A stretch of 64,000 bases of DNA from an uncultured Bacillota bacterium (GCA_963804645.1 CAWDRG010000010.1:32001-96000); one strand, 5' to 3'; positions 38,998 through 50,138 are shown, counted from the first letter of the stretch. Numbers and translations are program-made. The notes: generated by a model not told the origin, from the letters alone.

Positions 38998-39855
38998 CTA
39001 CCCAGTTTCCGCGGCCGCGAGCGCGGCGAGAAGGTCCGCGGCCGCCCCGGCGCGCGCCTCCCAGAACGCCGCGATCGGACCCGCGACGTCCTGCCACCGG
39101 CGGTGCCGCGGCGCCCACGCGCGCACCTCGGACTCGAGCCAGGCCAGCGTGCCTGCCGGATCTTGGGACAGCAGCGCGTCGAGCGCGAACCGGCGCTCTC
39201 CCATGCGGAGCCCGAGCCCGGTGTGCCGCGCCGCCCGGGCGAGATCCGCCCGCGTCAGCACGGCCCCGCTGCGGACCGGGGCCAGCAGACCCTGCAGAAA
39301 CGCGGGGGCGCCCGCCTCCCGGGGGTCAGGAAGCGGAGGCGCCTCGCGCAGCTGCAGCGGGAGCACGTCCGGCGTCCCGCACGACGCCAGCTCGGCGCGG
39401 AGCGCCTCGCCCAGCATCGCCCCCCACGCGCGGTAGCACGGCGGCGCGAGATCCGCGAGTTTCTCCAGGTACGGCGGAAGCCAGGACGCGAGGTGTTCCC
39501 AGAGGAGGGCGCCGCGGGCTTCCTTCCAGAGCAGCCGCCGCGCGGGGTCGGACTCCCCGTCCTCGTGGTCGCCCAGCGCGGCGTAGAGCGCCAGCAGCAC
39601 GGCGAGGTGGTCCGGTTCGGGAGGTGGAGTGCGGCCGAGCGCGCGCCAGAACCCCGCGACGCGATCGCGGGCCTCACCGCCCAGCATGCCCTCCCCATCG
39701 AGGTAGACGGACGCATACGGGTACAGTTGAAGGATGAACAGCTCGGTGAACTCGGCCGGATCGGGGCGATCCGGGAGGCCGAGGATGCCGGCGAGGCGCA
39801 CCTGCTCCGGCCCGGGAGCCTCCGCGAGGGCGCCGAGCGCCCGGAACAGTTCCAT
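38998..39855 (-). CDS. TorD/DmsD-family redox enzyme maturation chaperone
   Basis: PYASVYL, EPDHLAVLL, EHLASWLP motifs; follows molybdoenzyme. Confidence 0.88.
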   Translation of the reverse strand: MELFRALGALAEAPGPEQVRLAGILGLPDRPDPAEFTELFILQLYPYASVYLDGEGMLGGEARDRVAGFWRALGRTPPPEPDHLAVLLALYAALGDHEDGESDPARRLLWKEARGALLWEHLASWLPPYLEKLADLAPPCYRAWGAMLGEALRAELASCGTPDVLPLQLREAPPLPDPREAGAPAFLQGLLAPVRSGAVLTRADLARAARHTGLGLRMGERRFALDALLSQDPAGTLAWLESEVRAWAPRHRRWQDVAGPIAAFWEARAGAAADLLAALAAAETG

Positions 39856-39907
39856 CAGACGGCTCCGACGCGCGGCCGGGCGGGAACTCCCGGCGGCCTC
39901 TCGGCCG

Positions 39908-42832
39908 TCAGTCCCCGACCGGCGCGGGCGTCCCGCGATCGGGCAGCCGGTACGCCTCCTTGGCCGGCCGGAGGGGCCGCATCAGCCACCACGGACGCCG
40001 GCTGCCATCCGGGGAGTACCGGTCCGCCGGGCGCGTGAAGCCGAGCCATTTCGCGTAGACGTCGCGCGCCCGGGCGGTGTCGACCGAGATGTCGCCGTAG
40101 CGGTCCCCGGCCTCGGCCGGGCGGACCCGCACCGCCTGATGCCAGCAGTGCTGACCCGACACGGGGTCCGGGTGCACCGGGAACGTCAGGTTCTGATGCA
40201 CGCCCACGTCGGTCCACCAGATGCGCAGCGTGTCCGGATCCGCGGACGCGTAGGGGGCGCCGCCGCGCACCCGATGCATCGCCCAGCGGTCCTCGCGGTG
40301 GTCGAGCGTCACCGTGGCCATCGCCTGGCGCTGCCCGGCGTCCTGGAGCTTCCACCGTCCCATGTGGTGGCTGCAGGCCACGACGCCCGGCCGGATGCCC
40401 TCCGTCACCCACGCCTTGACGACAAAGTAGCCGATCTCGGTCTCCACGCGGACCAGATCGCCGGTGCGCAGCCGCATCGGCGCGGCGTCGCGCGGATGTA
40501 TCCACAGCGGGTTGGTGTGCGCGATCTCGTCGAGCCATTTCGCGTTCGCGCTGCGCGTGTGGATCTGCACGGGCAGCCGGAACGTCGAGATCAGCACCAT
40601 CTGATCGGGGCCGAGCGCCTCCCGATGCACGTGACTGCGGAGGTACGTCGGCAGCGCGCACTCCGGCCACCCCCACTCCACCAGCGTCCGGGAGTAGAAT
40701 TCCAGGCGGCCCGACGGCGTCGGGAACCCACGGACGATCTCCCCGTCGACCCGCACCCCGACCGGACGGCGTCCCTCGGCGTCGGGCTCCGGGCTGCCGA
40801 CCGGCACGATGTTGGGGTCCGCGGGCTGAGGCGCCCGCGTGTACGCGCGCCCGAACCGGCCGACGCGGACGTCCTCGAGCTCGGCCAGCGGGACCCGGAT
40901 CTCGTGGCGCGCCCCGATCTTGCGCGCGATCTCAAACGCCCCGTACCGGCGCATGAACGCGAGCGGAGAGAGCCCCTCGGCCGCCGCCCGCTCCGGCAGC
41001 CCCGGCACGGAGTGCTCGAAGATGTACCCGTAGTACTCGTCGACGCCGAGCTTCTCCCCCGGGGCCGCCTGCGACTCGAAGAACTTGCGGATGCCGAGGG
41101 TACCGTCGGGATCGATCCGCCACGACAGCTCGATCCAAAACTCGTTCTCCTCCCAGACCTCGCCGGGGTTCGCGGCGCGCGTGTCCGCCAGGCGCTCGCC
41201 GAGCCGCTCCCTCGCCGCGCGCAGCACGGGCTGGCGGAACCCGATCCACTGCCCGTCGTACTGCTCGTAGGAGTGCAGGTCGTGCCGCTCGGACGCGTGC
41301 CCCATCGGCAGGATGTAGTCGGCGAAGAACGCGGTCTCGTTCCACGTCGGGGTGAGCGCCACGTAGCAGCCGATGCGGTCGGGGTCGAGCAGCATCTCGA
41401 TCCAGGAGAACCCGTCCGGATTCGTCCACACCGGGTTGTAGACGCGGGTGAAGTAGACCGCGAGACGCTTCCCGCTGTCGCGCAAGAGGTGCGGCAGCAG
41501 AAACGACAGCTCGTTGATCGCGAGCGGGTACTCGATCGGCCACGTCAGGTCGTTCCACGTGCGCGGGTGCGGCGGCACGTACATCGGCCGGGGCACGAAC
41601 TTGTTCCAGGCGTTCGGGTACGTCCCGCCTTCCGTCGCGACGGCGCCGAGCAGCGCGTTCAGCAGGAACAGCGTCCGCGGCACCTGCCAGCCGCCCAGGT
41701 TGCCCGCGGCGGCGCTGCGCCAGGTGTGCGTGGAGAGGCGCGTCCCGGCGGTCGCGACCACTCCGGCGACCGCCTCGAGCGCGGACGCGTCGACGCCCGA
41801 CTCCGCGGCCGCGAACGCGAACGTGTACGAGGCGTAGAGGCCCCGGAGCACCGCCTCGAACGCCTCGAACGTCTGCGGCCCGTCCGGATGCTCGTACGCC
41901 AGATATTCCTCCCAGTTCCACCAGCGCCGGACGAACTCGCGGTCGTAGCGGCCCGACTGGATCAGGAAGTTCGCGATCGCGAGCAGGATCGCGGCCTCGG
42001 ACCCCGGGTGCGGCGCGACCCAGTGATCGGCGTGCGTGGCCGTGTTCGACAGACGGGTGTCGAAGACGATCAGCGTCGCCCCGCGCTGCTTGGCCTCGAT
42101 GACGCGCTGCGCGTGGGGGTTGAAGTAGTGGCCGGCCTCGAGGTGGCTGCTGATGAGCAGCATCACCTCCGCGTTCGCGTGGTCGGGGCTCGGGCGGTCC
42201 GCCCCCATCCAGAAGTGGTAGCCGGCGCGCCCGCCGCTGCTGCACACGTTCGTGTGGGTGTTGTGCCCGTCGACCCCCCAGGCCGCGAGGACGCGCTCGG
42301 TGAACCCGTCCTCGCCGGGCCGGCCGACGTGGTACATCACCTCGTTCGGGCGGCCCTCGGCGATCGCGCTCCGGATCCGCGACCCGATCTCCCGCAGCGC
42401 CTCGTCCCAACTCACCCGCTCCCATTTCCCCTCGCCCCGCTTGCCGGCGCGCCGCAGCGGGTACAGGATCCGGTCGGGGTCGGTGATCTGGTTGAGGGTG
42501 GCGGGGCCCTTCGCGCAGTTCCGCCCCCGCGACCCCGGGTGCTCCGGGTTGCCCTCGAACTTGCGGACCTGGAGCGTCTCCCGGTCGACGTACGCGAGCA
42601 GGCCGCACGCGGACTCGCAGTTGAAGCAGGTCGTCGGCACGAGCATATACCGCTTCTCAACGCGCCGCGCGGGCCACGCCTTGCTGTCCAGCTCGACCCA
42701 GTCGTCCCACCGCTCCTTCGGCGGAAACGACGCCAGGTGAATGCGGCTCGGGCCGGGATAAAACGTCTCACCGCGCGCTTCCACGTCCCGCCGCGCGGCG
42801 CCGACCCGCTTGTTCAGCTCATGCGTGTCCAT
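39908..42832 (-). CDS. Mo/W-bisPGD (DMSO reductase superfamily) oxidoreductase catalytic subunit
   Basis: FS0 motif CFNCESAC...NCAKG, DRILYPLRR, WERVSWDEAL, GFPTPSGRLE, C-terminal molydop-binding domain; no Tat signal. Confidence 0.92.
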   Translation of the reverse strand: MDTHELNKRVGAARRDVEARGETFYPGPSRIHLASFPPKERWDDWVELDSKAWPARRVEKRYMLVPTTCFNCESACGLLAYVDRETLQVRKFEGNPEHPGSRGRNCAKGPATLNQITDPDRILYPLRRAGKRGEGKWERVSWDEALREIGSRIRSAIAEGRPNEVMYHVGRPGEDGFTERVLAAWGVDGHNTHTNVCSSGGRAGYHFWMGADRPSPDHANAEVMLLISSHLEAGHYFNPHAQRVIEAKQRGATLIVFDTRLSNTATHADHWVAPHPGSEAAILLAIANFLIQSGRYDREFVRRWWNWEEYLAYEHPDGPQTFEAFEAVLRGLYASYTFAFAAAESGVDASALEAVAGVVATAGTRLSTHTWRSAAAGNLGGWQVPRTLFLLNALLGAVATEGGTYPNAWNKFVPRPMYVPPHPRTWNDLTWPIEYPLAINELSFLLPHLLRDSGKRLAVYFTRVYNPVWTNPDGFSWIEMLLDPDRIGCYVALTPTWNETAFFADYILPMGHASERHDLHSYEQYDGQWIGFRQPVLRAARERLGERLADTRAANPGEVWEENEFWIELSWRIDPDGTLGIRKFFESQAAPGEKLGVDEYYGYIFEHSVPGLPERAAAEGLSPLAFMRRYGAFEIARKIGARHEIRVPLAELEDVRVGRFGRAYTRAPQPADPNIVPVGSPEPDAEGRRPVGVRVDGEIVRGFPTPSGRLEFYSRTLVEWGWPECALPTYLRSHVHREALGPDQMVLISTFRLPVQIHTRSANAKWLDEIAHTNPLWIHPRDAAPMRLRTGDLVRVETEIGYFVVKAWVTEGIRPGVVACSHHMGRWKLQDAGQRQAMATVTLDHREDRWAMHRVRGGAPYASADPDTLRIWWTDVGVHQNLTFPVHPDPVSGQHCWHQAVRVRPAEAGDRYGDISVDTARARDVYAKWLGFTRPADRYSPDGSRRPWWLMRPLRPAKEAYRLPDRGTPAPVGD

Positions 42833-42842
42833 GCGGTCCTCC

Positions 42843-44505
42843 CTAGGCCAGCGGCACGCACTGGCCGGCCTGCACGTAGGCGTGCTCGTAGACGAGCAGC
42901 GCCGCGAGCGCGAGCGCGGCGGCGAGCCACCCGCCCGGCCCCGCCGCGGTCCCCGCGCTGCACGCCGCCACCGCTGCCGAGGCGAGCTGCGTCGACGGGC
43001 AGGCGGAGAGCGCGAGGAGCGCCGGCGCCGCCACGGCGGCGGCCACCGCGAGGACTCCGAGCCACACGCCCCACCGGAACGGCGCCCGGTACCGGCCCGC
43101 GGTCATCTCCCGTGCGGCCAGGCGCGCGTGCGCGGTCGCGTGCGGCAGGGCCGCCTCGCTCCAGACGAGCAGCAGGTGGAGTGCGCTGCCTCCCGCGACA
43201 ATCTCCAGCAGCGGCCGCCCGGCCGCGGGGTCGAGGTACGCCGCGAACGGCAGCAGCGCGGCGGCGCCCGCGATGAGCGCCTGCACCAGGAAGTGCAGCG
43301 GCAGCAGCGGGTTCTGCCACAGATCCCGCGCCTTGGCCTGCGCGAACAGGTACGCCGTGTACACAGCGGTGAGTCCCGCGAGCACGACGCCGGGGACGGC
43401 GAGGGCCTGCGGCAGCGCCGGCCACCCCGCGAGGGCCGCGAGGAGGTGCAGCGCCAGCACGACCGCGTACGCGGCGATGATGAACGCCCCCCGCACGAGC
43501 CAGCTCCGCCACTGGGGGCGCGTGAAGATCAGGTAGAACCGCTCCGGATGCTTCAGATCCGCGATCAAGAGGCCGCCGGTCGCCGCGAGGAACGCGCCCG
43601 CCGAGCATCGGGGCGCCCCACAGCCACAGCGGGTTCGTCCACGAGAGCGCGCCGCGGAGCGCGAGGGCGACGAGCACCAGATACACGCCCGCCGCGATCC
43701 CTTTCGTCCACGTGTAGAGGCTGACGCGCCAGTGCCAGGGCGCCTCGTGGGGCACGTCGTAGCTGAGGAGCGCCGCGGCGGACGTGTTGTTCCACGGCGC
43801 CGGGACGCCGGACGGGACGCCGTCCGCGGCCTGCTCGCTCCACATGTAGAGCCCGCCGTCCGGCCGGCGCGCGGCCAGCGGATCGAGCGTCGCCTCGTGC
43901 GCGCCGTGATAGAAGAGCTTCGGCCGCGTGTCCTTCTCGGGCCGGCGCACCGCGACGGCGTCACGATGCACCATCTGCGCGACCCGCGAGCCTGGGTCGT
44001 TCAGATCGCCGACGAGGATCGCCTCGGTGGGGCACACGACGACGCAGGCGGGCTCGAGGCCGACGTCCAGCCGGTGCGCGCAGAAGTTGCACTTCTCCGC
44101 CGCGTGGTCCTCGGGATTCATGAAGATCGCGTCGTACGGGCACGCGGCGATGCAGGCCTTGCACCCGATGCAGATCGACTTGTCGAAGTCGACGATCCCG
44201 TCGCGGCGCGCGAACATCGCCCCGGTCGGGCAGGCGGTCACGCACGGCGCCAGGTCGCACTGGTTGCAGCGGGTCACCTGGAACGCGCGCCGCGCCTGGG
44301 GAAAGACGCCGACGTCCACGGACTTGACGTAGGTGCGGGTGACGCCGAGGGGCACCTCGTTTTCCGACTTGCACGCCACCGTGCAGGCGTGACAGCCGAC
44401 GCAGCGCGTGTGATCGATCACTTTCGCCCACTTGACCGGACGCGCCGGGACCACGCGGGTCTCTGGGCCGGTCGTCCCAACGGCAAGCGGGGGCAATGGC
44501 GTCAC
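42843..44505 (-). CDS. 4Fe-4S ferredoxin (NrfC/DmsB-like) fused to NrfD/PsrC membrane anchor; +1 frameshift near 43600; start uncertain
   Basis: CVGCHAC, CNQC..APC, CIGCKAC, KCNFC clusters then W.W.VSLY.WTKGIAAG; continues LIADLKHPERF, SWLVRG in the adjacent frame. Confidence 0.88.
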
Positions 44506-44655
44506 TCCCGGAGTGATCGAGTCGGTGCGACCGGTACGGTTCGCCGAGGATTTGTCGGCCCCTGCTCTCCGCGGCGTTCCCCGCTGCGCGCGAAAGGGTC
44601 GCTCACCCGTTCGGGGGGGGACTGGGCCAAAAGTACGTTCCGGCGGGAAACCCGA

Positions 44656-44667
44656 CTGTGCTATAAT
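44656..44667 (+). promoter_or_regulatory. extended -10 promoter CTGTGCTATAAT
   Basis: Perfect TGnTATAAT 9 nt before ATG 44677; no SD. Confidence 0.6.
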
Positions 44668-44676
44668 TTCGGGCAT

Positions 44677-46840
44677 ATGGCACCCCACAGCCGCCGCGGC
44701 GAAGCCGGATTGGCGATGATCATCCTGCTCGTGGTCATCTTGGCCGCAACGACGCTCCTCTTTGCGATGGCCAACATCGTCATCAGCGAAATCCTCACGG
44801 CGACCAACGAAGGCAACCAGGTCAGAGCCCAGAATCTGGCCGAAGCGGGCCTCGCGATGGGCTGGGCCGCGGTCGAAAATTGGAGCACGTGGTGCGCCGG
44901 GGCGCAAACGGGAACCGAACCGGCCTGCCCGCTGACCTACACGTGGAACAACGTCGGCGGCTATCAGCCCCAGGGCGGCTACGCGGCGGCGCAGATCGAC
45001 ACGACGTCGTCGCCGACACCCAGCGGGGCGTCCATTGCGAACTACGCGGTCAGGGTCGTGGTCGGCTACGGGAACACCACGTTTTCGACCCTGGCGGGCA
45101 ACGCGGGCTCCGCCACCGCGACCGGCAACCCCACCCAGCTGGCGACCGGCGACGCGTTCGTGCGCCAGACCGCCCTGGTGCTGCCCGCCGCATTCTCGTT
45201 CGGGATCTTCAGCAACACGACCGCGATGGTCAACGGCGTGGCGTCGATGCCGCTCTCCTCCGGCGTCAACAACGGCAGCGGGATGCCGGTGCAGTGCCTG
45301 ACGAACGCGGTGATCGCGGGAGGCGTGTCGGGCAAGAGCGACGTCACGGACATCTGTCAGACGATGGGGCCGCTGTTCTCCCCGAGCCCCACGACCGGGG
45401 GGATCAACATCGGCTATCCGCTGATCGGCACCGTGTACGCCAATAACAACACGGTCGGCAACGGCGTCGCGCCCATCAACGGCGGCAGCTACAGCCCCGC
45501 GGGCTCGCCCGTGACCGGCTGCAACAGCACTCCCGCGGCGCCGAGCACGCTGTGCCTGCTCCCGGCGGAGAGCGCGCCCTCGGCCGGCGTGTCGCTGACC
45601 GGACCGCTCCCGGCGGTCGCCTCCAACAACTCGGGCACCGCCGGCAATATCTACTCGGGCGGGGCGGCGCCGTTCCCGCTCTGCAACACCGGCGGGTGCG
45701 GTTCGGCCAACGTGGGCACGCAGTACCAGTTCCCGGCGTGGAACTGGAGTGCGATGAGGACCGCGGCGAACACGCAGGGTACCCTGTTTGCGTCCGCGCA
45801 GTTATTCTATGCGAAGGCGTGTACCACTTGGTACAACGCCGGCACTCATGTCACCACCATTCCCGCCGGCATGTACATGATTGAGGACCAGGCGGTGATC
45901 TTCGATAACGACCCCACCCGCTGCCTCGGCAACGTCGTGCTGCAGGGTGGTGCGATCGCGGTCTACTGTACGGGCAGCGGCGGCAACGCGCTGTGCGGCA
46001 GCAACAACGCGGTGAACTACCCGCCGGGCAACAACCTGCTGGGCACGGGGTTGAGCCAGCTGTGGAGCGGCTCGCCCGAGATCCCCGGCGGCAGCCCGGC
46101 GCCGAATTCATGCTCCAACACCACCCCGTGCGGAGACATCATCCTGGGCGGCCCGGTGACGGGAACCAGTCCGGGGTGCACCCCGCCGTCCAACCCGTGC
46201 TCCTTCACGTTCCAAACCAGCGGCTACGCGGGCGGCGGCGGCGCCGACCTGAACACGCCCGTGCTCATGGCCGGCGGAAGCATCGGCAGCTGCGCGAGCG
46301 GCTGCGTCAACGCCGTCACGTACAATGGTGTGCCGAACAACATGGTGTACGTCTACGGCAACGGATACGTGACCGGCGCCGGCGCAGAAGTGTGCGGCAC
46401 GGTGGGGTCCGACTGCAACGTCGCCTACATCCTCCCGCCGTACAGCGCCCAGTCGAGCCCCCCGTGCGGAGTGGCCACGGGAGGCACCGCCGCCAACCCC
46501 GCCGTCCTCTACGTCAAGGGGATGGTCTACGTGCTCGCCAACCGGGACCGGCAGTTTGGCGCTCCGTCTCTGGGCGTTGATGCCTACTCCACCTACGGCT
46601 GGTGCGTTGAAGCCGATGCCAACGACACCGTCGCGATTCAGGGGGCGCTGGTGGGGGAGCAGATCTACGAGTTCGAGGGCCAACTGCTCTGGGACCCGTC
46701 GATGCACTTCGCCGGCTTCAATGCAGAGTGGGTGTTCTGCAAGCCAGCCTATTCGAAGCTGTGCTGCGCTGTCGAACTCGAACCCGCTGACCGCGGGCTC
46801 CGTCACGATCATCCCGCTGTCCGAATCCACCGGCCAGTAA
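44677..46840 (+). CDS. large PilX-like type IV minor pilin with Cys/Gly/Asn/Thr-rich C-terminal region; probable +1 frameshift at ~46720-46770
   Basis: Class III signal RRGEAG|LAMIILLVV, PilX_N-like AQNLAEAGL; +1 frame gives host-like codons ending ..VTIIPLSESTGQ* at 46840. Confidence 0.7.
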
Positions 46841-46884
46841 CCCTACCGGGCCTCCCCCTGTCGCCCGGCGCCCGTCCCGCCCGC

Positions 46885-47349
46885 ATGTCCACGCGACGAG
46901 ACGGGACGCGGCCACCTGCCCGGTCCACCCGACGCGACGCGGCAGCCCGGACGTGGCTTCAGACCTTTGAGGGCCACGTCCGGGCCGTCGATTTTCCCTC
47001 CGCCCGCGCCATGTTCGCGGCCGACGTCGTCGCGTTCGGGACCTACGCCGCCGTCGTACCGGGACGGGCCGCGCTCGAACGCCGGCAGTGGGCGAACGTG
47101 TGGCCGGCGATCCGCGGGTTCAGGTTTCGGATGGACGCGATGCGCTGCCTCGGGGGATCCGGCGGGATGTGCGTGGTCGTCCCGTGGGACTCCCGCGGCG
47201 TCCGGCCGGACGGCTCGACGTTCTCGCGACCGGGCCGGGCGACGCTGTTTCTCATCCGGCGCGGCGACCGGTGGGTCGCCGCCCACTCGCACTTCTCGCT
47301 CGCCCCCGCCCGCGCCGGGCGCACCTCCCGGTCACGGCCCAAGCGGTAA
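46885..47349 (+). CDS. SnoaL-like / NTF2-family protein
   Basis: ATG 46885; F.ADVV.FGT, QWANVWP, GRATL, W.AAHSHFS. Confidence 0.75.
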   Translation: MSTRRDGTRPPARSTRRDAAARTWLQTFEGHVRAVDFPSARAMFAADVVAFGTYAAVVPGRAALERRQWANVWPAIRGFRFRMDAMRCLGGSGGMCVVVPWDSRGVRPDGSTFSRPGRATLFLIRRGDRWVAAHSHFSLAPARAGRTSRSRPKR

Positions 47350-47366
47350 CACCCGGTCCCGCCGCC

Positions 47367-49337
47367 TCAGCGTTCCGGGGGCTCGTCGCGCGCCAGGTCG
47401 ACGAAGAATCCGAGCGCCTCGGGATTGCTCAGCGCGTCGACGCTCGCGGCGCGGTCCGGCGCGATTCCGGCGAGGATCCGCTTGACCGGCACCTCAAGCT
47501 TCTTGCCGCTCAGCGTCCGGGGGACCGCGGCGATCGCGTGGATCTCGTTCGGCACGTGGCGCGGAGACAGCTCCCGGCGGATCTTCGCGACGATTCGATC
47601 GCGCAGCGGCGCGTCGAGCACGGCACCGGCGCGCAGTACGACGAACAGGAGCAGCCGCCCGTCCTTCCCGAGCTCGCCCGTGTCGACGACCAGGCTGTCC
47701 ACGACGTCCGGCAGATCCTCGACCACCCGGTAGAACTCGCTCGTGCCCATCCGGACGCCGGCCCGGTTCAGGGTGGAGTCGGACCGTCCGTACACGACGC
47801 AGCCGCCCTCGCGCGTGATCTTGATCCAGTCGCCGTGGCGCCAGATCCCCGGGTACGTCTCGAAGTAGCTGGCCCGGTACCGGCGCCCGTCCGGATCGTT
47901 CCAAAACCCCACCGGCATGGACGGCATCGGCTCGGTGATCACGAGCTCGCCCACCTCGTCGACGATCGACCGCCCCTCCGGGTCGTAGGCCTCCACCTTG
48001 GCGCCGAGCCCGCGGCACTGGATCTCGCCCGCGCGCACCGGCAGGAGCGGGCACGACAGGATGAACGCGGTGCACACGTCCGTCCCGCCGCTGACGGAGC
48101 CGAGCAGCAGGTCGCGCTTGACGTGCTCGTACACCCACTCGAACCCCTCGGGCGGCAGCGGCGCGCCCGTGGACCCCACCGCGCGCAGCCGGCCGAGATC
48201 GGCGTCCCGAGCCGGCTCGACCCCCGCCTTCTGGCATCCCAACAGGTACGGCGCGCTCGTGCCAAAGTACGTCATGCCGGTCCGCTCCGCGAGCCGCCAC
48301 AGGACCCCCAGATCGGGATGCGCCGGGTTGCCGTCGTACAGCACGATGGTCGTCCCGACCAGGAGCCCGCTGATGAGGAAGTTCCACATCATCCAGCCGG
48401 TCGTCGTGAACCAGAACAGCCGGTCCTCGGGTCCGAGGTCGAGGTGCAGGATCAGCACCTTCAGCATCTCGAGCAGGACCCCGCCGTGCCCGTGCACGAT
48501 CGCCTTGGGGAGGCCGGTCGTGCCCGACGAATACAGCACCCAGAGCGGGTGATCGAAGGGCACCGGCTCGAAGACGAGCTCGCGATCCGCCGCCCCGCCG
48601 GCGAGCTCGGCCCAGGGGTGCACGCCCGCGGGAAGCGGCCCGACGGGCCCGCCGAGACGCGGCACCAGCACGGTCGACTCAAGGGTCGGCAGCTGACGGC
48701 GGATCTCGGTGATCTCGGCCGTCCGGTCGAACGATCGACCGCCGTACCGGTAGCCGTCCGCGGCGACGAGCACGCGCGGCTCGATCTGCCGCACCCGCTC
48801 CACCACGCTGCGGATCCCGAACTCCGGCGCGCAGCTCGACCAGATCGCTCCGAGGCTCGCCGTGGCCAGCGCCGCGACGACCGTCTCCGGCGCGTTCGGC
48901 ATGTACGCGGCGACGCGGTCTCCGCGCCGGACCCCGAGGCGCCGGAGCCCGGCGGCGGCGGCCCGCACCTTCTCGTAGAGCTCCGCGTAGGTGATCGTCT
49001 CCGGCGGCGCGTCCTCCGACGCGAACACGATCGCCGGGTGCGCGTCGCGCCGGCGCAGCGCGTGCTCCGCGTAGTTCAGCTCGGCCCCGGGGAACCACCG
49101 CGCGCCGAACATCCGCCGCTCGGGCAGCACCTGCGTGTAGGGGCGGCGCGGCCGGACGTCGCAGAATTCCCAGATCGACGCCCAGAACGCCTCGAGATCC
49201 GTGACCGACCAGCGCCACAGCGCGTCGTACGAGTCGAAGGCGAGCCCGCGCGTGTCCCGCAGCCACGCGAGATAGCGCGTCAGGTTCGCCCGCGCCCGCT
49301 CCTCGTTGGACGGCGTCCACAGCACCGTGCCTTCCAC
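47367..49337 (-). CDS. acetoacetate--CoA ligase
   Basis: WFPGAELNYAE, YSSGTTGLPKAIVH, TTTGWMMWN, SGGTDVC, WRHGDW, GKKLEVPVK. Confidence 0.93.
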   Translation of the reverse strand: MEGTVLWTPSNEERARANLTRYLAWLRDTRGLAFDSYDALWRWSVTDLEAFWASIWEFCDVRPRRPYTQVLPERRMFGARWFPGAELNYAEHALRRRDAHPAIVFASEDAPPETITYAELYEKVRAAAAGLRRLGVRRGDRVAAYMPNAPETVVAALATASLGAIWSSCAPEFGIRSVVERVRQIEPRVLVAADGYRYGGRSFDRTAEITEIRRQLPTLESTVLVPRLGGPVGPLPAGVHPWAELAGGAADRELVFEPVPFDHPLWVLYSSGTTGLPKAIVHGHGGVLLEMLKVLILHLDLGPEDRLFWFTTTGWMMWNFLISGLLVGTTIVLYDGNPAHPDLGVLWRLAERTGMTYFGTSAPYLLGCQKAGVEPARDADLGRLRAVGSTGAPLPPEGFEWVYEHVKRDLLLGSVSGGTDVCTAFILSCPLLPVRAGEIQCRGLGAKVEAYDPEGRSIVDEVGELVITEPMPSMPVGFWNDPDGRRYRASYFETYPGIWRHGDWIKITREGGCVVYGRSDSTLNRAGVRMGTSEFYRVVEDLPDVVDSLVVDTGELGKDGRLLLFVVLRAGAVLDAPLRDRIVAKIRRELSPRHVPNEIHAIAAVPRTLSGKKLEVPVKRILAGIAPDRAASVDALSNPEALGFFVDLARDEPPER

Positions 49338-49475
49338 GCGATCCTCCGATCGGCCGCACGCATCCGCCGCGGCCGGTGCCGTCCTCTTCCGCGCCCGCGC
49401 GGTCCCGCTCCTGCCGCCGCCGCGCCGGCACGCGCCCCACGCGGCGCGGGGGATGCGCCAGCACGGCGTTCGCGG

Positions 49476-50138
49476 CTACGCCGGATAGATAAGCGGACGC
49501 AGTCCCAGGATATCGGCCAGCGTCTCGCCGCGCTCCATGCGCGCGCGCATCTCCGCTTCCTTCTTCGCGACCGCGTCCACCGCCGTCATGATGTCCGCGA
49601 GACGCACCCGCGGGATCACCGCGACGCCGTCCGCGCCCCCGACGATCAGGTCGCCGGGCCGGACCACGACCCCGCCGCACGCGATGTCGTCCTGCGTGGC
49701 CCCGACGCGCCGGTTGGCGCCCACCCGCGGGGTCACCGCCCGTGCGAACACCGGAAACCGAAGGACCCGCAGCGCGTCACGGTCGCGCACGGCGCCGTCG
49801 GTCACGAGGCCCGCGAGGCCGGACGCGCGCGCCTGCGTCGCCATCATCTCGCCGAACAGGGCGCCGCTCGCATCGCCGGCCGCGTCCACCACGACGACCG
49901 ACCCCGGAGGCGCCTCGAGCAGCGCCTTGTGCACCGTGATGATGCTGTTCGCGTAGCACCGGACCGTGAACGCCGGACCGACGACCTCGGCGCCGTCCCA
50001 CACGGGGTTGATGTCGGGAGCCATCACATTCGTCGTGCCCTGCGCGTCGCTGATCCACGCCGGCGAGACGCCCCGCAGCCGCTCGACCGCCGCCCCGAGC
50101 GCGCCGGTCAGGTCATACCGTGCATCCCCGTGCGCCAT
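49476..50138 (-). CDS. RraA-like / HMG aldolase family protein
   Basis: ATG 50138; ISDA, GPAFTV, ALFGEMM, TDGAVRD, PGDLIVGGADGV. Confidence 0.88.
   Translation of the reverse strand: MAHGDARYDLTGALGAAVERLRGVSPAWISDAQGTTNVMAPDINPVWDGAEVVGPAFTVRCYANSIITVHKALLEAPPGSVVVVDAAGDASGALFGEMMATQARASGLAGLVTDGAVRDRDALRVLRFPVFARAVTPRVGANRRVGATQDDIACGGVVVRPGDLIVGGADGVAVIPRVRLADIMTAVDAVAKKEAEMRARMERGETLADILGLRPLIYPA

Noticed and set aside
39908..42832. Selenocysteine-containing formate dehydrogenase
   Set aside because: No in-frame TGA, and the ligand region lacks the FDH (C/U)H motif.
43732..47349. 1205-aa ORF suggesting a pilin-SnoaL fusion
   Set aside because: The first 315 codons are antisense to the ferredoxin-NrfD gene. 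The link to the SnoaL domain is low-complexity sequence best explained by a +1 frameshift that bypasses the stop at 46840.
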